NCBI GenBank assembly: GCA_004431415.1
Contig: QPMI01000514.1
Location: 62,001 to 126,000, forward strand
Length of the DNA: 64,000 nucleotides
Reading direction: 5' to 3'
Source of the DNA: Cyanophora paradoxa CCMP329
Lineage: Eukaryota > Plantae > Glaucophyta
The translations under genes and the position numbers were made by a program. Shown piece after piece: positions 58,105 through 64,000 of this stretch (position 1 is the first letter of the stretch; the number at the start of each line of letters is the position of its first letter). Under the pieces are notes generated by a model that was given only the letters and a program-made list of their open reading frames with translations, was not told the DNA's origin and made no database searches.

Positions 58105-61100
58105 CTAGTCGACAAAAACGGAAACTCGGGGTGTTGGGAAGGGAAGGTGGGCCGACGAGGCGGGCGCGCCGGCGGCCGAGAACCGCGGCGGCGAGGCGGC
58201 GGCGGCCGACAGCGGGGCCGCCTCCCCGGCCGCGGCGACGACGGCCAGCACGGGCTTGTGCGGCCCAGGCGGCCGCTCCCGGGTTGCCGGGGCGGCATCG
58301 GGTGCGCCGGCCGGGGCGGGTGGTTGGGCGAGCCGGGGAGGGGTGCCAGCCGGCGACCTTGAGGCGCGGGGGGTGCCGCCGCCCAGCCGGGGCGCCGGGG
58401 TACATGCCGGCGGAGGCGAGGAGCTTGGCGAGGGGCGAGCTGGAGGCGGCGGGGAGGGGCGCGGCGAGGGCCAGCCCGGGGGCAGCCGCAGGGCCGACGA
58501 GGCGAGGGTCGCCAGCCCCGTCCGCGGGGACCGCTCGGCGGGGGCCGGGGCGAGGGCGGCGAGGGCGGGCGGGGCGCGTGGGCGGAGGGGCGGGGCGCGC
58601 GCGTTGTGGCGGCCTCGGCGGGGGCGCCGGCGCGAGCTTCCGGTGCGAGACGGAACCCTCCCCGTAGTACGCCCGCGCCGGCGACGTCCATCGCACCCCC
58701 CGCTCCTGCGGCGCGCTCGGCGGGGAGAAGCGGGGGGAAGAGAGGAGGGGGGTACGCGCACCGACTCGGCGTGCGGGAGGGGGGGGTGGCTCGGGGCCTC
58801 GCGGGGGGCGCCCGAAGCGGAGGAGGAGAGGCGGTAGAGGGGCAGGGGGGCAGGAGGAGCAGCGGGCTCCGCCCCCTTCGGGGACTCGGGCGGCTGGCGG
58901 TGGGGAGGGGTACTCGGCGTGGGCGGGCGGGCGGCCGCGCATGGGCCGGCGGCGGGCGGGGAGAGGGGCGCCTCCGCCTCGGGCAGCGCCTCCTTCGGCT
59001 CGGGCGGGACGGGAAGTGCGGCGCCGGCGGAGGCCCCCGGCCGCCCCGAGGGGCCCCGCCGCCGGCCCCGCGCGGAGGTGCCCGGGCCGCCGCCGGGCGC
59101 CCGCCGAGGCCCCTGCGGCGCCCGCGGACTCTCGAAGGGCAGCACGTGCCCACCGGGCGCCTCCGCCGCCGCCGCCGCGCCCCGCGGGAGCGACGGGGGC
59201 GCCACCGGCGCGGGCGGGGCCAGTGGCGCGAGGTGCGCGCGCTCGCCGGCGCGCCCGCTGCGGCCGCGCAGCGCTGCGGCGCGCCGCAGGAGCGCCACCT
59301 CGTCCGCCGCGCGCGCCGCCCGCTCCGAGGCGTCCGCCAGGCGCCCCGCGGGGGCGGCCCGGGCGGGCGCCCCCGGGTCCCGGAGCACGTAGGCCGGGAA
59401 GGAGGCCGAGGGGGCCAGCGGCCACGCCAACGGCTCCTCCGACGGCTCCGGCTCGGCCTCGGGCTCGGCACCGGGCTCGAGCTTGGGCGCAAGAGAAGAG
59501 GGGCCGGGCTCGAGGGGAGGGGCAGCGACGGCCGCCTCGGGCGCGACTGGGGCGGCCGCCTCGGGCGCGACTGGGGCGGCCGGGGCGGAGAGGGCGGCAG
59601 CGAGCGCGGCCGCCCGCGCCTTCTCGGGCTCGGCTCCGGCGTGGCCGGTTTCGGGCGGCTCCGACGGAGCGGGCGAGCTGCGAGTGGGTGGGGGTGAGTG
59701 CCCAATGGATAGGCTCTGGAGGGGGTAGGACCTTCTGGGGGTGGAAACAGGAGAGAGATCCGAGGGAGAGGTGGGGTCGAGAACAGAGGGGGGTACGGGC
59801 ATTCCCGTGGAAGCGGCGGCGGTGGCGGGGGAGGGGCTGGAAGCCTCAGTGGGGGGTACGGGCGCATGCTGCTCGTGGGGGGGAGACGGCGGCACTGCGG
59901 GGGGCGCCTCTCGGGGGGCGGGCACCAGTTCAGGTCCCGGCGCCTCGTCCTCGGTACCCCCGTCCCCCTCGCTCTCCGGGGGCGAGGGGGGTACGATGGA
60001 GGCGAGGGAGGAGCGGGGGAATGAGTACGCGGCGGACGAATACGCCGAAAAACCGAGGGAGCGCCCCGAGGTGGCCGCCGAGGGCGCCTGCGGCGAAAGG
60101 CGTCGGAAGAGGAGGGGGGTAGGAAGTGACGAGGGGGGTGCGACTGACGGTGGTGGCGGAGGCTGCGGACTCGACGGAGGAGCGGCGGCGGCGGCTGCGG
60201 CGGGCGCGCCGGTGCGAGGCGACGGAGGTGGCGGCGGGGGTCGGCGCCTCCGGGATCGGCGTCAGCGCCAGCGAGGGCGCCCCGTTCCCCGCCTCCTGCT
60301 CCGTCCCGGAGCCCTGCAAAGCCGGCCGGCCGCGCCCCGGGTCAGCCCGAGGCGCGGCGGCCGGCGCGGAGGAGGCGCTCACGTCGGGGGACTCCCCTCC
60401 GCTCCCCGACGAGCCGCCGCCGGCGGCGGGGCCCCGGGGCCGGCGGCGGGCCCGCGGCGAGGAGGGAGGCGGCGACGGCGGCGGTGGCGGCGACGCGGAA
60501 GGGCGCGAGGGCGTCCTCCTCCACAGAGATCTGCCCCCGCGCCCTCCCTCGGTCGGTCCGAGGCGGCGGAGGCGGGCGAGCACGAGGGCGGAGGAGGAGG
60601 TCGAGCCCCGCCTAAACCCTCGCGGCGCACCGTGGGTGCCCAGAAGGAGGGGGCGCGCTCGAGGGCGCCCCCCGCGCCGCCGCCAGCAGCGGCCTCGTCG
60701 CCGGCGGCGGGGGCGGGGGCGGAGCCCGAGGGGCCGTAGAAGGAGGCGGAGAGGAGCGTGTTGGCGATGGAGGAGGCCTGCCGGCTCACTGCGCGCCCGG
60801 GGGGCCGGCCCCGGCGTCAGAGGCGAGCCCGGCGCTCGCTCGGCGCTCGGGGACGGGCGGGCGGTGCGGCGCCGGCTCGAAGCGGCGCGTGTGGGGGCGC
60901 CTCGCCGCGGCGCGCGCTCTCTCTCCAAGGCGCCTCTCTCTCTGCGCCCCTCCCCCTCTCCCCCTTCTCCCCCCCCTCAAGCTCTCTCTGAGCAAGCGCA
61001 CCCTCGCCGGCGTCGACGCCGAGGGAGGCGCCGAAGAGGGCCACGCCCGAGGCCACCGAGCGGAACGAGGCCCCCGGCGACGGGCCCCGCCGCCGCGACC

Positions 61101-63926
61101 TGCAGCCCGGCAAGCGCGCGTTACGGAGATGGTGAGAGGAATGGATGGCGTGCTGGAGAGCGCGGCGGGGCCCGGCCAGCGCACCGCCGGGTGCTCGGGT
61201 TGATGAAGGAGACGCGCGCGAAGCTGCGGCGCGGCAGGGTCAGCGGGGCCGGCGGGGACGAGAGGGCCCGGGCGGGCGGGCGGGCGGGCGGGCGGGGCCG
61301 GCGCGCCTCCTGCGGGACTCGTTGAGCCCGTCGCTGAGCGTGCCGGCGTCGCCGTCGCCCTCGCCGGCCCCGGCCCCGCCGGCGCCCTCCCCGCCGCTCG
61401 AGCTCCCCTCCCCGTCCGAGTCCACCTGAGCGGGGCCGCCTCAGAGTCGCCGGGGGCGGGGGCGCTGGGGCGGGGGCGGGGCGGGCCTGCTGCCAGTCGG
61501 GGTCGTCGACGAGGGGCGGGGCCTGGGCCCCGGGGATGTAGGGCCGCAGCAGCGCCGAGCCCCCGATGCTGAGCCCCGACGGCAGCCTGCGCCGGCGGTT
61601 GGGTCGGGCGGAGAAGGGAGGGGGGGAACGGTAGGGGGGTACCTGTTGAGGGAGGGGGGGCGGGCGGCGAGGGAAGGGGTCGCGGGGATGCTGGGCGCCC
61701 GGGGCAGCGGGAGAGCGGCCGCCTCGGGGGCCCGTGCCCCGCTCCCGTGGCTCTGCGGGGGTGCGCCCGGTGACGGGAAGGGGGGGCCGCCAGGGCGGGG
61801 GGTACGGCACCTGCTCTTTCTCGTAGTTGTCGTCGTCGAACTTCACGTCGGCCACCGGGACGGGGGGCAGCGTGTTCCGCACCGAGATCAGGAACGACTG
61901 GACGGCCGGCAGCTGCGTTTGGATCTGGCGGTGCGGATCGGTCGGGGTTTGGGGAGGGGGGGAGGGGGGGTACCTGGGCCATGGGAATGAGATCCTCGAT
62001 GGCCGGAGGGGGCGGCAAGTTTGGCAAGTTAAGTTCCAGGTTCAGGGGAAGGGGGGGCAGGTCCAGACTCCCCGCGGTGGGGATGGGGAGGGGCGGCGTG
62101 ACGGGTTCCTCGGAGGGCCCCGCCGGGGGTAGGAGGTTGATGTCGGGGGAGGGGGCAAAGGTGATGCGGGGGCCGGTCTTGGGGCGGACTGGGGGAACGG
62201 GGAGCGAGAGGCCCTTGCCGGAGTTGGAGGGGGAGCGTTTCTCGTGCTCCGTGAAGGAGGGGAGGGAGGGCACGAGGGAGCGCCGCCGGACGTTCGTCGG
62301 CGCGTTCATCGGCGTCGAGGACGGGGCGGCCATCGAGGTCCCGGGGGTACGCGGCCCCGTGAACATCTCGCGCTGCGGGGCGCGCGGAAGTGAGCGGAGA
62401 GGGGCACGGAGACGGATCGGGGGAGGGGGGGGTACCGCGGCTTCCTGCTCCTGCTCGAGAGTCGCGTCGAAAGTCTGCTTGAGCATGCGGAGGAGCTGCG
62501 CCGGGGGCGTCGGCGGCCGGCGAGTGGCCACGCGCAAGCGGGGTGCCGACCTGCTTCGAGCCCCGGCGGCCGTCGGAGGGCCTTCGGTCGTCCTCCGGGT
62601 TTCGCTCGAGGGGCGCGCTGGGCGCGAGCCCAGGCCCGGCCCCCGCCCCCGCCCCCGCCCCCGCCGCCCCCGGCGCCAGCGCCGGCGCTGGAGCCGGCGC
62701 GACCATCTGCGGGTCGCTCTGCGGGCCCCCAGTGAGGCGGACGCCCAGACGGGTACGATGAAAACCTCTCCAAAAGTACTAAGTACCTGGTGCCGCTCGA
62801 AATCGATGTCGACGGTCGCGAGCTGCTTCTTCATCGCGATCAGAATCTTCCCGATCACGCTGCGGGGGGTACGGCGTCAAGCCCCGGGCGGCTGAGCGCG
62901 GGGGGGGGGTACGGCGCCCGCACCGCTCGGCGAAGCCCGTCGGAGGCGCGTCGCCGTTCGCCTGGCCGGTCCCCAGGCTCTTCTTGCGGGGCCCGCTCGG
63001 CCCGCCCTCCGGCCCGGGCCCCGGCGAGGCGGCGGCGCCCCGCTGCCCCGGCGTGCGCCGCCCCTGCCCCGTCGGCGACGGGGTCTTGTCGTGCGGGCCC
63101 GAGGAGGCGGGGCCCTCTCCCCCGGAGGCCTCGCCGGCGCTGGTCTCGCCGGGCTCGCCCCCCGGGGCGCCCTCCTCGTCGAGGGGCTCGGCGTCGGCGG
63201 GGACGCCGAGCCCGACGCGCTCGCGGAAGACGTGGTCGAAGAGCTGCAGCTCCGCCCTGCCCCGCCCCGCCCCGCCGGCCCCTCAGCGAGGGAGGGGCGC
63301 GAGGGCGCGCGCTGCTGCGCACCGGACGGCGTTGACGAGGTGCTCCCCGTCGTGCCCGGCCGCCGCCGGCCGCGCCGCCGCCTCATCCTCCCCGCCCGTC
63401 CTGCAGTCGATCCTTGAGCCCTGACCACGCGCGGGCGCGAGCGGCGGCGCCGGGCGGGCGGACCGCTTGCGGGCGAGGGCGCCGGCCTGGACTCTGGAGC
63501 GCCACTTGGAGACCGCCTTCTTCTGGAGCTGGACGCGCTTCACGATCGTGAGGAAGATGTGCCACCTGCGCCGCGAGGCCGCTCGGCGGCGAGGCGCGCG
63601 TGGCGCGGGCGGCGGGCGCGGGGCGGACGGCTGGATGGTCTCGTCCGTCTCGTATTCATACTTGAAGTCGTCCCCGTCCGGATCCTCGTCATTATCGTCA
63701 ATAACTGGCGTCGCGGCAGCCGGTGAGACCCAGTGTGCACGGGCTCGGCCCCAGCGAGATCCTCCGCGGACCCGACCGGGCCCAAGCCAGGCGCAGGGCG
63801 GGCGGCGCGCAGGCCGGCGAAGCTACCTGCAGTGAATACGGGGTCCTGGTTGATCGTTGAAAACATGCGCGGCAGCTCCTCGGTCCAATCTTCCGCGACC
63901 TCGTAGTCGCCATCCCACTCGTACAT
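58105..63926 (-). CDS. Large Pro/Ala-rich, largely disordered protein of unknown function (multi-exon)
   Basis: ATG at 63926 (MYEWDGDYEVAEDW). Exons with non-shadow composition (VIGKILIAMKKQLATVDIDFERHQVLSTFGE; LLRMLKQTFDATLEQ) bounded by GT-AG. Long Pro-rich terminal ORF ending at 58105. No domain recognised. Confidence 0.55.
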
Positions 63927-64000
63927 AGCTAATCAGCCAGAGAGCCCCAGCCGAAAGGCTGAGTTCAGAACTGAATTGCTGCCACCTTGCCTTGCAGCGA

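Overview
GC-rich, intron-dense eukaryotic nuclear DNA, with mostly 50-130 bp introns (GTGCGC...CGCAG, and some GC-AG). Most long ORFs in the six-frame track are GC shadows or exon fragments, so genes were reconstructed by eye and boundaries are approximate. A Phe-type plastid transit peptide (MAFAVP...) on a fibrillin, together with Rab28 and dense short introns, suggests a flagellated primary-plastid alga such as a glaucophyte (inference). About 15 genes are present: a two-domain membrane nucleotide cyclase, an SDR, an ARM protein, a coiled-coil/PHD protein, a 2x ricin-B-type lectin, a 3x F-type/discoidin lectin, fibrillin, MCMBP, an ARM+IQ protein, RNF4-like and SDIR1-like RING ligases, Rab28, a NUDIX hydrolase, a WD40 protein, a ZIP transporter, and a large Pro-rich unknown. 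Most are arranged in head-to-head pairs. An accessory island at about 12.7-31.4 kb holds a TSD-flanked non-LTR insertion, a young non-coding LTR element, MITE-like elements, and two divergent lectin genes. Both lectins apparently lack signal peptides and share an acidic C-terminal tail. This lectin pair is the best candidate for an undescribed system. A second candidate is an apparent palindrome-generating insertion process in neutral DNA. No rRNA, tRNA or CRISPR array was seen.
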